A stretch of 64,000 bases of DNA. Source: Octopus vulgaris (lineage: Eukaryota). The notes below the pieces were generated by a model. It worked only from the letters and a program-made list of their open reading frames with translations, was not told the origin of the DNA and made no database searches. Positions 1-11,195 of the stretch are shown here, piece after piece (the stretch's first letter is position 1; each line of letters begins with the position of its first letter). The stretch covers positions 57,350,001-57,414,000 of the forward strand of contig OX597814.1 in assembly GCA_951406725.2 (NCBI GenBank), in the 5' to 3' direction. A program made the translations under genes and the position numbers.

Positions 1-545
1 GGCCACAGAGTGTTGTTTGGCCTTCTCTGTGGAAAAACGCACCTCCACGGTGGAAAATTTTGCGCACCTGGCCAGGTATATTATATCCGATCAGATGGAT
101 GCCAAACACTTCTCAATTTCCTTCTTCTCTCCTACGTTAATGGATTTTTCCTTTGTGTTGAACGTTTTAAATATCACTGTTTTTTTTCCTCTACGTTCTG
201 AGCCACTTAGCTGAGGGGGGTTAATCTTATTTCATGTCCCTCCCTTAGCAACATATTTCCATACCTTTTCAAATCCTTCATTTCGATTTTTAACACTTTT
301 CTTTTCATTTCGGTTACATTCGCAAAACTCTTCTTTTCCTTTGCTTCTCTCTTCCTCAATCCCTCCTCCATACTATTTACGCACTTCCTCGCTCACCCTC
401 CGACCAATCCATTTTCGGAAGAGCTAATTTCGTCACAGCTCGTTTTTCAATCACACGCTTCCTCCCCACTCCCCAAGCAAGGGGTAACGTCGACAACAGT
501 CCCTCTCGCGCGGAAGAAACAAGGTGTTCAAACACACGTAAAACA
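1..545 (-). mobile_element. Possible 5' end / ORF1 remnant of an L1/Tx1-like LINE
   Basis: Minus-strand reading TVIFKTFNTKEKSINVGEKKEIEKCLASI*SDIIYLARCAKFSTVEVRFSTEKAK is RRM-like, as in LINE ORF1; purine-rich leader. Confidence 0.3.
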
Positions 546-869
546 AGAACCTATGAATCCTATCAAACCCTAAATAACTACGTCCTACTCCAAAAAAATG
601 AGGGGAACGAATGGACAAATTTCGAATACCAGAAACGCGGTTCAAATTGATTTTTATACCCATAACCTATACGAGATGCATGTGCATTTCGATTTTCATG
701 ACAGTTGCTTGCGACTGCCACCCACGGCATTCAACGCGGCTGCGTTTTGGAGTCTTGTTTCAAGGTAAGTTGAAAGGTTACCTGTAATTTGGGTCTTAGC
801 CATAAACCGGCATGCCTTGGAATGTTGATTTCAAATTTTAACATAAGGCCAGCAATAGGGAGGAGGTAA

Positions 870-1011
870 GTAGATTACATCGACCCTAGTACTCGACCCT
901 GAAAGGATGACAGGCAAACTCGTCTTCGGTGGAATTTGAACTCAGAAAGCAAAGATGAACGGAATGCCGCTAAACATTTTGTCCGGCGTGCTAAGGATTC
1001 TGCCAGCTTGC
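870..1011 (-). mobile_element. tRNA-derived SINE family A (MetaSINE-like central domain), degenerate
   Basis: Similar to the copies at 30333-30548 and 51627-51858. Confidence 0.75.
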
Positions 1012-1420
1012 AGTCTTTATTAGTGAGCATATATTAATTAATCAAAATAAGATTATGAAAGAAATTACCAATAAATTTCATTTATGAGAAGCAGAGTTAT
1101 TTCCCCTGAAAAATTTCACTCCTACGAATTACCCGAATCTAAGTATAAGAAGTGTTGTGGAATCATTTCAACCATTCATTAAAAGATATTTATCTTTATT
1201 ACGAAATTGCTGTAATGTCGTTTTATTTGTCAATATGATATTGACGCTACGTGGACAAAAATAATAGCAGACTTGATAAAGAAGAAAATAGAAAGCTATG
1301 CGACTACCTGCAAAACCTTGCGGAGCTGTGTGATAAGAAGTTCACTTTTCAGCCACGTAGTGTCTTCTACTATAATCTTGACATCTTTGTCACCAACTCC
1401 TCTACGTTCGGTCGTTTTGC

Positions 1421-1422
<2 letters not shown>

Positions 1423-1496
<74 letters not shown>
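1423..1496. repeat. (TA)n(GA)n microsatellite
   Basis: Direct inspection. Confidence 0.95.
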
Positions 1497-1499
<3 letters not shown>

Positions 1500-3179
1500 T
1501 TGTATCCTGCTGTGTCCCTTTGTAGTTTCCATTACAGCTGTCCGTGTCATGTCTTCTAACCTTTACAGTTTTCACACACCATTGAGCAGTCGTGTTGTCG
1601 GCATTTTAATCACTTGATAACTGGAGTTAGTTTGTTTATGTCCCTGTAACTTAGTGATTCCACAAAAGAAAACGATAGAATAAGTACCCCACTCAACTAA
1701 ATCCTTCAAGTTTTTTCCCCAGCATGGATGTAATCAAGTAACAGAAACAGCTAAAAAAAGTTACTAAACATTCATTTTAAGGTAGCAAAAAGTTATGTCC
1801 CTTACCTATGTGCATATTTTGCTTTGTACTGATTTTACTGATCGAAAAAAAGAACATATTTCCCTTTTATTGTGGCTAGATATTATGAAATTCAACGAAA
1901 TGGAAATGTGGCTTAGCATTAAGACTAGTAATTTTAGCGGGAGGAGAATGCCGATTACGTTAACTCCAGTGCGAAAAGCAAATTCTACCTTAACGCAATT
2001 TGAACTCAGAACGTAAGGAGCCAAACGAAATTCCACAAAACGATTTTTCCTTCTTTAATTTTTTTTCCAGTACATTAACGATTCCACCAGCTCATTACCT
2101 TCAATAATAGATGCTAATGAACCCATCCTGCGTATATTCCCACCAGATAAAATGCGCTTGAAATTCCAAGGGGAATAACTCTCCAAGGGGAATAACTTTC
2201 TGGTTCTGTAAAGTTCTTAGCATTTTAATCTGAAGAAAAAGTTTCATTCTGAAAATTAATGTAGGAGCTTCTTTGAGGTTGTTGATTTTGATGCGGACGA
2301 TGCACAGATTAAACTTACAAATAGTTGTTGCTGTAGCTATTTAACCCCATGTCAGCTCTCATCGAGTATACCGATACACAAACTGCAATCATCTTTTGAC
2401 ATATTTACGCACTATTATTTATAGCTTATCTGCTTCAACGTTCCAAAAATAAATTAAGTTACCGTCATCAATATTTTTGAGGTATAGCATATCCAGAACT
2501 CCATTTTCCTGGGTAGTCAAGTTTTATATTTTTATGACAGCTGAAAAAGATTTTTTGATCAATTTACTGTTTGATATTCTTAACGAAAAGGTGTATAGGA
2601 ATGAAGTTCCACAGAGTTATACAATTGAAGAGATTAGATTTGAGTGAAGTGTTTTGTTCAATATAATTTCGGGATCTTTTCATTGGCAGACCGCTGCTGG
2701 TATTCAATCAAGACAGATTGCAACTTTCTTCCCCATCTTTAACAATTTACGGTGCACCAATATCTTCGTTTTTCACATTTCCAGATACCTAATGGCTAAG
2801 CCAACGCAGTAAGGGATATTCTTACTCACTATTCTGATAACCAATGAATCTGTGGCAATTCATGTGTGATGAATGCATAATTTACTGTCAATAATATCTA
2901 TTGTTGAACGTTTACAAGTTTGCTTTTGTTATATTTCACGCAGCCAGCATGATCTTACATTCAGTTAAAAAGGATACAGCATCAATTTTTCTCGCGACGA
3001 ACCATGCGATCGTGGTCTTCAGCAAACAAAAGATACTAGCTCACGGCACGTTCATTCTAGAAGCATGTTTCAACATGTAATATGACTTCGAGTAACATAG
3101 GTAAGAGGAAGACGTTAAGAAATAAAGTTACGGGCAAATGAATTGTATCTTCATCATTTGCACAATAGAGTAGAATTTA

Positions 3180-3548
3180 GTAGAAGCTTTATTATCTCTA
3201 ACAAAAGGGATAGTCATCTAGAAAAGTAAACAAACCGTGTTGTCATTGTAGATGTGTAGCCCTGCTGGACGTTGGGTAATTAACGCGGTGCTTCGGTATT
3301 TCCGAGTCAGTTTGCAGAGAATTACTTTCTATTTTGTATCTTTACTAATAAATGGATATTTGGTGAGAACATTTCTCGTTGTCAATGAAATGTTCAGTCC
3401 CTTAGTAAATGAAATAAACTGAGCCAAATTCCCATTGCATTCCTAAATATTATTACCAACAATAACATCGTTGTGATACGTTTTTATATCTTTGATATGA
3501 CTGTCAGAAATTATGCTATCCATCACAGTTTCAAAAGCATTTACCATA
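3180..3548 (-). pseudogene. Highly decayed Gypsy reverse transcriptase remnant
   Basis: Minus frame VNAFETVMDSIISDSHIKDIKTYHNDVIVGNNI*ECNGNLAQF resembles the Gypsy AFQRxMD...YLDDVxVG...EHxxNLxxF block. Confidence 0.5.
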
Positions 3549-3561
3549 TTATCTCCTAAAG

Positions 3562-5595
3562 CAGTTATTCCCAACCTTTTTCAGACCAGGGACCATTTTT
3601 TACTTGAAAAAATTTCTAGGAACCACTTCTACTTTTACTTTATACTGTTCTATTTTCACACTAAATTACTTAATGAAAAGGCAAAATAGTCTATTACACT
3701 TTTAAATTTATTTTAGCAAACAAAAGATAAAATTAAAAATCTATTTTAGTAAACAAAGATAAACACAAGCTATCAAAATCCTTTTTCATAAAGTCGTTCA
3801 TTTTTAGGGCTAATGACTAGCTTGATATTGGTGTTTCTGACACAAGATATCATAATCGATTTTAATGAACTCATTTAGTCTTAGTCTGATAGTTACTCTG
3901 CTGTTGACATCTAATTTATTTCCTTTTCTACATAGAAATATCTACAACAGCTGAAAATGCAGATTCCATCATCCATGTGGTAGGGAAAGAAATAATGCAT
4001 GTGGGAAAATATTTGGGTGTGATTCCTTTATCAATATGTAGGTAAAGACACCTTCTTTTTCAACTCTTCTTCTCAGTTTCATATTCTCTTTCAAATCCAA
4101 CAACATTTCAGCCAACTCAAAATTTTCATCTCCTGGCTCATGATTTTCTTGGTCTACAAACCAGAGTGGATAGTCCATCTTTAATAAATCATTGTATCTT
4201 TTTTCAAAGATCTTTCTGCATGAAGACCTTCAAGAGGAGCAGTGCATGCAGCAATGCATTCTGATGTAGAAACAGTGGTGTTAAAATTTTGAAATGATGC
4301 CAATTTTTTTTTTTTTAAACTGTTTTTCCCAAAATTTTAATTTCCCCATATATATTTCCCTTTTATCTTCTGAGAGCAGGTGACCAAATCTGGTTTGCTA
4401 CCTTGCAGCTCTAAGTTAAGCAAATTCACTGTTTTAAAAATATCACTCAAGTAGAATATTTTTTGATTTAAACTCAGAAAGCCTTTCCAAAATTTTCTTA
4501 GCAGTATCAACTTTTTTCTTTGAGTTGTAATGAGTCATCTGACTCTTGAACATGAGAAAGTTGATTAATGGTTCCCACAAATTCGCTAGCCTTTCAAGGC
4601 TCAGGCCTTTTGACGACCATCTTCTGTGTGAAGCAATAGAGTTTTAAAATCTTCATCTTCACAGAATTGCATAAAAAAATCTATTATTCACTGAGTTTGA
4701 TTTGACAAAGTTAATTGCACGTATGGCAGCGTTGAGTGCTTCTTCCATGTGTCCTCCAATATTCTTAGCAACTAAATGCTGTTTGTGGATAATGCAATGT
4801 ATATAAAAAATGTGAGGAACAACTAATTTCATTCTAGAAACAAAGCCTTTCACTTTTCCAGTCATGGCTGCAACTCCATCTGATGCAATGTTGATCAAAT
4901 TAGTCAATGGAATATTTTTATCATTAAAATACTGCATTACTTCATTGAATATATCTTCTCCATAAGTAGTTTCAGACAAACTTTTAATGAATAACATTTC
5001 TTCCCTTATATCATTTTCATGGATGAATCTGACATAGACCAGAAGGATAGCTTGGTTATGAATTGTGCTATCATCAACCTGAATAGAAAAATTTGTCTTT
5101 TGGAGAATTTCTACAATCTTCTCCTCAACAAAATTAGACATTTCATCCTGTCTTCTTGTAATTGTGTTATTTGAAGGTGGAATTGTACTCAGAGTAAATG
5201 TAGTATCTTTTCTCAGAACCTCATATACACAAGCTATCATAGCAGGCTTGGCACGTTTCTCACCATAAATCTGCAACCTTGGCAATAATTTCAGAGACCA
5301 AATAACTTGGTTTGAGTGTTTTTGCTTTTTCAATATTTATCTTCTTTACAATGTCAGGTAGTTTGATTGATTGTATTTTCTTTTTATTCTCAAAATATTC
5401 CCTATCTTTACCAACAGATTTTGGATGCCTTAATTTCTGGTGTTGTTCCAGCTTAACTTTCTTCATGGAATGATTTGTCATGATGGCATCACATTCAAGA
5501 CACATAAGTTTTGAGTCTACAGATACAAAACCAAACATGATAAAATCTTCTTAGTAGTTCCTCAGTTTTGCCTTTTTAGCCGTTGATTCAGACAT
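3562..5595 (-). mobile_element. hAT (Buster/Charlie, ZBED8/SCAND3-like) DNA transposon; transposase pseudogene 5595->3810
   Basis: ORFs 5260..5538, 4659..5333 and 3969..4178 carry CLEC..H (BED-like), FSIQVDDST, ASDG, HCIIH and a QASH* end; TIR CAGTTATTCCCAACCTTTTT at 3562 after the 8-mer tccTAaag; other TIR not found. Confidence 0.9.
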
Positions 5596-6044
5596 TATTA
5601 CAACTGATCTTAAAAAATAAAAATAATAAATACTTTATTTCTATAAATTAAAAGTATCAAATTTATTATTAAACAATACCCTCCCTTTTCAGTATTATTT
5701 TTTCTTCATAATTAATTATAGGTTAATTAAAAGATTAATTAATATATTACTTATTTTATACTTTTAATAACTACCCATAATATATCATATTACTTAAATT
5801 CTTATAATTACATTCACAATTACTTTTATTTGATACTTAAATATACTTTATATAGATATATACTTTATTACTATATTTTATTCTTTATTTTCATTTTTAC
5901 AATAACTTCTCTAAACATACTACCTTCCCCACTCCTTGTAAGGTTTATACCATGCTCTTTCTATAAAACATTAATCAGTTAAAGGACACACTCCTTACAC
6001 TCAACACACAAAAATATGAAAATGTAATGTTATATCTTTTTCTG

Positions 6045-6124
6045 TCTCCAACGAGATTCAACTTTATGATATTTTTAATTATACTAATTAATTTCTAAAG
6101 TTTTGAATCGAAACAGCTGTCAGA
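6045..6124 (+). ncRNA. Degenerate type-I hammerhead motif (core CCAACGA)
   Basis: tct-CCAACGA-GATTCAAACTTTA...TAAAGTTTTGAATC-GAAAC-AGCT-GTC-aga; stems intact, CUGANGA box mutated. Confidence 0.6.
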
Positions 6125-6389
6125 GATGATGTCTATTTTAGTAATTAACAAATAATTATTAATTTAATTATCTCTATTTTATCATTTTCTTAAATATATA
6201 TAAACTCCGGTTCATCTAATTACCTTACAGTTGAATATTAAATATAATATTCAAAACTTATAATAGGTAATAAACCAGTAGATTCATTGGATTTTATTAT
6301 CACTTACAGAGGTATTGAACTTTAATTGAGCTTTCATATATATATATATATTTACATACATACATGTGTGTGTGTGTGTATGTATATAA

Positions 6390-6397
6390 TCATCATC

Positions 6398-6432
<35 letters not shown>

Positions 6433-6760
6433 TTAATGTCCATTCTCCAAGCTTGCATGGGTTGGACAGTTTGACAGGAGTTGGCCAGCACAAGAGCTAC
6501 TTTGGCTCCATCTGTCTCTTTTGGCATGGTTCTACAGCTGGATACCCTTCCTAATGCCAACCACTTTACAGAGTGTATGCGGTGCTTTTATATGGCACCA
6601 GCACATATATTTTTACATGGTACCGTCACCCACAAGCCCATATCATCATCATCGTTTAATGTCTGCTTTCCATGCTTGTATGGGTTGAACAGTTTGACTG
6701 AGGACTGGCAATCCAGCAAGCTGTACCAGGCTCCAATCTGATCTGGCAAGGTTTCTACAC
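6390..6760 (-). mobile_element. Two RTE-LINE 3'-end fragments with (CAT)n tails
   Basis: (CAT)n followed by ttaatgtc..ccatgc..gggttggac..ggatgcccttcctaa, matching the 3' UTR of the LINE at 24943-26498. Confidence 0.8.
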
Positions 6761-7114
6761 ACACACACATATATGGGAATTTTGACTGGCATCTGTATAA
6801 TCCAAATATATAATCTAAATAAGAAGATAAAGAAAGACTTTAACACATCTTTAATGACCATTTACAACTGTTTCTGTACTAAATCTACTTTCAATGCCAG
6901 TTCATGCAAAAGTTCCAAGGGAAAATTTACCTAATATTTGCAGTTTTAGACATTACAGAGTCACATATTCAGGCCTGTATCAAAAGTATGCTCTTATGTT
7001 GTGCATCTGCCTGGTTTTTGCTTTGTTTACATCAGGAGGAAACAAGAAGTAAATAAAGATGTATATATGTCTGTGTATGAATGTTTATATATGTATATGT
7101 GTGTCTATTTTTTC

Positions 7115-7495
7115 CCTAAAGAAAGCTGACCAGAAGAGAATTAATGCATTCGAGCTTTGATGTTGGAGAAGACTTTTGCGGATTCCATGGACAGCGAGGC
7201 TCATCAAAGGAGAAGTTCTTAAGCAGATAAGGCTGAAAATGTCGCTAGAAGCTAGGATCACCAAGCATAGATTGGCATATTTCGGTCATATTATGCGGAG
7301 AAAATCCCTGGAGAAGGACATCATGCTCGGAATGGTCAGTGGCAAGAGAGGAAGAGGCCGACCAAGAACCCGCTGGCTTGACACCATCAAGAGTGATACC
7401 AGAATGGACATAGCCAATCTGAAAGAAGCGGCCCAGGATAGAACTGACTGGAGGACACTGATCCATTGAGTGACTGAGAGTCGACTTCGACTGAG

Positions 7496-7500
<5 letters not shown>
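7115..7500 (+). mobile_element. RTE-clade (BovB-like) LINE 3' end
   Basis: LKKADQKRINAFEL*CWRRLLRIPWTAR...YFGHIMRR..LEKDIMLG..GKRGRGRPRTRWLD; ends gagagtcgacttcgactgagcgg. Confidence 0.88.
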
Positions 7501-7549
<49 letters not shown>

Positions 7550-7768
7550 TTTATTTTACTTGTTTCAGTCATTTGTCTGCATCCATGCTAGGGTATCGCC
7601 TTGAAATATTTCTAATTGAATGAATTGACCAGTACCTTGGTACTTATTTTATCAATTTTTTTTTTGCTGAACTGCTAAGTTACAGGAATGCAAATACACC
7701 AACACTGGTTGTCAAGTTCTGGTGGGGGACAAACACAGACACAAAGGTGCACACATAGATATATATAT

Positions 7769-7819
<51 letters not shown>

Positions 7820-7980
7820 AGGCTTCTTTCAGTTTCCATCTACAAAATCTACCCATAAAGCCCTGGTCAGCCCAAAACTGAAGCAAAGAATACTTGTCTA
7901 AGGTGCCACACAGTGGGACCAAACCTGGAACCATGCAGCTGGGAAGCAAACTTCTTATCACGCAGTCGCACCTGTGCCTA
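7550..7980 (-). mobile_element. tRNA-derived CORE-type SINE family B with internal (TA)n
   Basis: Homologous to 56215-56585, 9610-10022 and 15621-15895. Confidence 0.8.
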
Positions 7981-8012
7981 TATATATATATATATATATA
8001 GTTACTGGATAA

Positions 8013-8069
8013 CTCCAAATCCTGAATTTCTGGCTCTGCATAAGAAATGCTCTGCCTTCATCAGTGGAA
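8013..8069 (-). ncRNA. Type-I hammerhead ribozyme motif (Penelope-type)
   Basis: Minus strand: UUCCA-CUGAUGA-A-GGC AGA GCAU UUCUU AUGC AGA GCC-A-GAAA-UUCAGGA-UU-UGGAG; stems I, II and III all pair; triplet AUU. Confidence 0.7.
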
Positions 8070-8110
8070 TATACTCAGATAGCACATAAATACAAATATA
8101 TATATATATG

Positions 8111-8488
8111 TGGAAGCACTCCGTCGGTTACGACGATGAGTGTTCCGGTTGATCCGATCAATGGAACAGCCTGCTCGTGAAATTAACGTGTAAGTGGCTG
8201 AGCACTCCACAGACACGTGTACCCTTAACGTAGTTCTCGGGGATATTCAGCATGACACAGAGAGTGACAAGGCCGGCCCCTTGAAATACAGGTACAACAG
8301 AAACAGGAAGTAAGAGTGAGAGAAAGTTGTGGTGAAAGAGTACAGCAGGGATCACCACCATCCCCTGCCGGAGCCTCATGGAGCTTTAGGTGTTTTCACT
8401 CAAAAAACACAACGCGCGGTCTGGGAATCGAAACCGTGATCCTACGACCGCGAGTCCGCTGCCCTAACCACTGAGCCATTGCGCCTCC
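8111..8488 (-). mobile_element. tRNA(Arg-like)-derived SINE family C, near full length
   Basis: Minus 5' end GGAGGCGCAATGGCTCAGTGGTTAGGGCAGCGGACTCGCGG...GGTTTCGATTCCC with A and B boxes; inserted in (TA)n. Confidence 0.85.
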
Positions 8489-8678
8489 ATATATATATAT
8501 ACACCATATGAATACTTACATATACGAATGTATATATGCACGTATGCACACGACCAGTTTAAATTGCCTGCCTAAAACTCGTCATGCAATATGGTCAAAA
8601 TACCACCGCAGTGCATATAATGACAAAGTAAATATATATATATACTCAAAGTAAGCAACAAGAATAACTCCGGTAATT

Positions 8679-8762
8679 TGGTACGATCGTTTTGCACTAC
8701 ATCATTTTATTAAATGTTGTAAGTATTACAACAGTTTTAAAATGCTGAGCACTCATCAGCCA
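8679..8762 (-). ncRNA. Mirror copy of the hammerhead with GAAA->AAAA (predicted inactive)
   Basis: Minus strand reads ...GUAGUGC-AAAAC-GAUC-GUA-CCA. Confidence 0.7.
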
Positions 8763-8806
8763 TATCAAAATATGAAAATTATGTATTAATGGAAAACCTC
8801 TATCAA

Positions 8807-8890
8807 TGGCTGATGAGTGCTCAGCATTTTAAAACTGTTGTAATACTTACAACATTTAATAAAATGATGTAGTACGAAACGATCGTACCA
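8807..8890 (+). ncRNA. Type-I hammerhead ribozyme with long stem II
   Basis: UGG-CUGAUGA-GUGCU...AGUAC-GAAAC-GAUC-GUA-CCA; intact core; palindromic stem III ACGAUCGU. Confidence 0.8.
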
Positions 8891-9026
8891 AATTACCGGA
8901 GTTATTCTTGTTGATTACTTTGATTATAATCACCCCATGGATTTATATGGATAACACCATGGTGCATCTAACTTAAATACCAGATTCATTTGAATCTAAA
9001 TTTTGCTGAACTTATATATATATATA

Positions 9027-9060
9027 CTAGCAGAGATGCCCAGCATTTCTCAGGATTAAA
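9027..9060 (-). mobile_element. Helitron 3' terminus fragment
   Basis: Minus strand cctgagaaatgctgggcatctctgCTAG, like the terminus at 35461-35487. Confidence 0.5.
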
Positions 9061-9411
9061 ATGGCATAGTTTTATATTGTTTTACTTGCTTCAGTCATGC
9101 GATTGTGGCCATACTGGAGCACCGCCTTTAGTCAAAGAAATCGACCCCAAGATTTATTCTTTGTAAGCCTAGTACTTATTCTGTCAGTGTGTTTTGCCAA
9201 ATGACTGTCATGGGGATGTAAACACAGCAACATTGGTTGTCAAGTGATCTCAGGGCTACAAACACAGATGCACACACACACACACACACAAAAAAAATAT
9301 ACACATAAATAAGACAGACTGCTTTCACTTTCCATGTACTAAATCCACTCACAATGCATTGGTGGGCCTGAGGCTATAGTATATTTATATATATATATAT
9401 ATATATATATT

Positions 9412-9562
9412 CTCTCCTTGTTTTTTCTGTGTACCTTTCTGTAGAAGAGTGTAGGCTCAAAACGTAAAAGACTTTTTCTATTCCTGAGCGCTATACTAAT
9501 ACATCTGTTTGTTTTGTACACCATCTGTCTTTGTCTTTTGTTTTTTTCGTAAACTTTCCCTA
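9412..9562 (+). mobile_element. Penelope-like terminal repeat with a degenerate minimal hammerhead (9435-9470)
   Basis: CTTT-CTGTAGA-A-GAGT GTAG GCTC-AAAAC-GTA-AAAG; homologous copy on the - strand at 15240-15410. Confidence 0.6.
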
Positions 9563-9601
<39 letters not shown>

Positions 9602-9609
9602 CTTTCTCT

Positions 9610-9814
9610 TTTCTACTTGTTTCAGTCATTTGAATGCAGCCATGCTGGAGCACCGCCTTTAGTCAAGCTAATCAACCGAATGACTTATTCTTTGGAAGCC
9701 TAGTACTTATTCTATCAGTCTCTTTTGTCGAACCGCTAAGTTACAGGGACATAAACATATCACCATCGGTTGTCAAACGATGTTGGGGGGACAAACACAA
9801 ACACACAAACATAT

Positions 9815-9857
<43 letters not shown>

Positions 9858-10022
9858 TACACGACAGGCTTCTTTCAGTTTCTGTCTACCAAATCCACTC
9901 ACAAGGCTTTGGTCCACCTGAGGCTATAGTAGAAGACACTTGCCCAAGGTGCCACACTGGGAATGAACCCAGAACCATGTGGCTGGTAAGCAAGCTACTT
10001 ACCACACAGCCACTCCTGTGTC
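9610..10022 (-). mobile_element. CORE-type SINE family B
   Basis: Full-length homolog of 56215-56585. Confidence 0.85.
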
Positions 10023-10326
10023 TATATATATATATACATACATACATAAGTTAGCGGTTATAGTATAAATAAAAATATCCGTATTTACTATTGCTATCAG
10101 TTACCTGTGCTATTCCTGGGCATGGATATGCAGGCACACTATGCTCATGGCGTACAGGTAATAACAGAATAAACAAAAGTTTATCAAATTTAAATAATCA
10201 GAAAATGGAGAAAACTTTTGATCAACAAACAAACAAATTGGACCACATCTGTAGATTATTTTTTAATACAAAACATGACATAACATTTCTTGCGGCCGTT
10301 TCTGTTTTCGGCATTGGAATTTCAAA

Positions 10327-10362
<36 letters not shown>

Positions 10363-10431
10363 GATCTAACATGTATATATATATATACATATATATACAC
10401 ACACATATATGTATATATACATATACATGTA

Positions 10432-10482
<51 letters not shown>

Positions 10483-10536
10483 TACAATTGTGAATAATTG
10501 TATATTGAGTTGAGATGACGCATTCTAGTATCTCAA

Positions 10537-10568
<32 letters not shown>

Positions 10569-10699
10569 TCTTTGACACTATATGCTTACATACTTTACTT
10601 TATCTTAAAGTCATTCCTTAACTTCTCCCCTCACTCTATCTACCTATCTTTACTTTTCTTTCTTTTTACCACTTTATAGCCACCTTCTCTACCCTTCTG

Positions 10700-10925
10700 A
10701 TATTGCACGTTGATATGTTCGCGTCTTTTTCCTGGATGTTTACAATATCAGAACTTCAACCCACAGGATTATACCTAAGGACTTATTTCTACAACATCGG
10801 AAAGTTGAACTGTGAACTTTTATGCTTTTTTCCTTTCATCTCCTTATTCCTTTACTCCTGTCTTCTATGTTGTCATTTCATTAATCTATACCCTTCTCAT
10901 TTTCCCTATTTGTCTCTGATGATGG
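10700..10925 (+). mobile_element. Penelope-like element 3' end (GIY-YIG C-terminal remnant and 5' half of a hammerhead); continues at 15085-15190
   Basis: Peptide FSWMFTISELQPTGLYLR resembles the PLE C-terminal WIxxLxTLxPxGLN motif; GTCT-CTGATGA at 10912-10922. Confidence 0.6.
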
Positions 10926-11195
10926 TGTAGTGTGATGGATGAAGAGGACAACAGAAGGAGAAGGAGAAGAAATACAAAAGGCCTTACCTCGGCGAAGATC
11001 AGGTCTCTTACCAATTCGACACGTCCTGTCGCTTCCTCGTCTATGCTCGAACTGCTCGCTTCCTCGATCGCCACAAGTGCGTCCCACTTAACCGCTTCCA
11101 CTTCCCCCCCACACATACGCCCTCCAGTCTTCCACCGGACCCTGCAAGCCCTACTTCCGCCCACCTCATCTGTTGTCCTCTCCACCGACACCACA
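10926..11195 (-). repeat. 3' LTR (270 bp)
   Basis: Direct repeat of 14828-15084. Confidence 0.93.

Larger units (their letters stand above)
8646..8923. repeat. 118-bp inverted repeat (arms 8646-8763 and 8806-8923), Penelope-like inverted terminus
   Basis: Arms are near-perfect reverse complements with a 42-nt spacer; each carries a hammerhead motif. Confidence 0.92.

Noticed and set aside
700-770. CpG-rich patch ending in a perfect donor CAAG|GTAAGT
   Set aside because: No downstream exon or ORF could be linked to it.
6860-6975. Minus-strand GAAAC-AGTT-GTA with an upstream CTGAATA, hammerhead-like
   Set aside because: The core is mutated and stems I and II cannot be paired convincingly.
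8410-8488. tRNA-like sequence on the minus strand
   Set aside because: It is the head of a SINE with no proper acceptor stem, so not a tRNA gene.
10287-10325. Minus-strand GAAAC-GGCC-GCA, like the 3' half of a hammerhead
   Set aside because: There is no CUGANGA half (truncated by (TA)n) and the triplet is not NUH.
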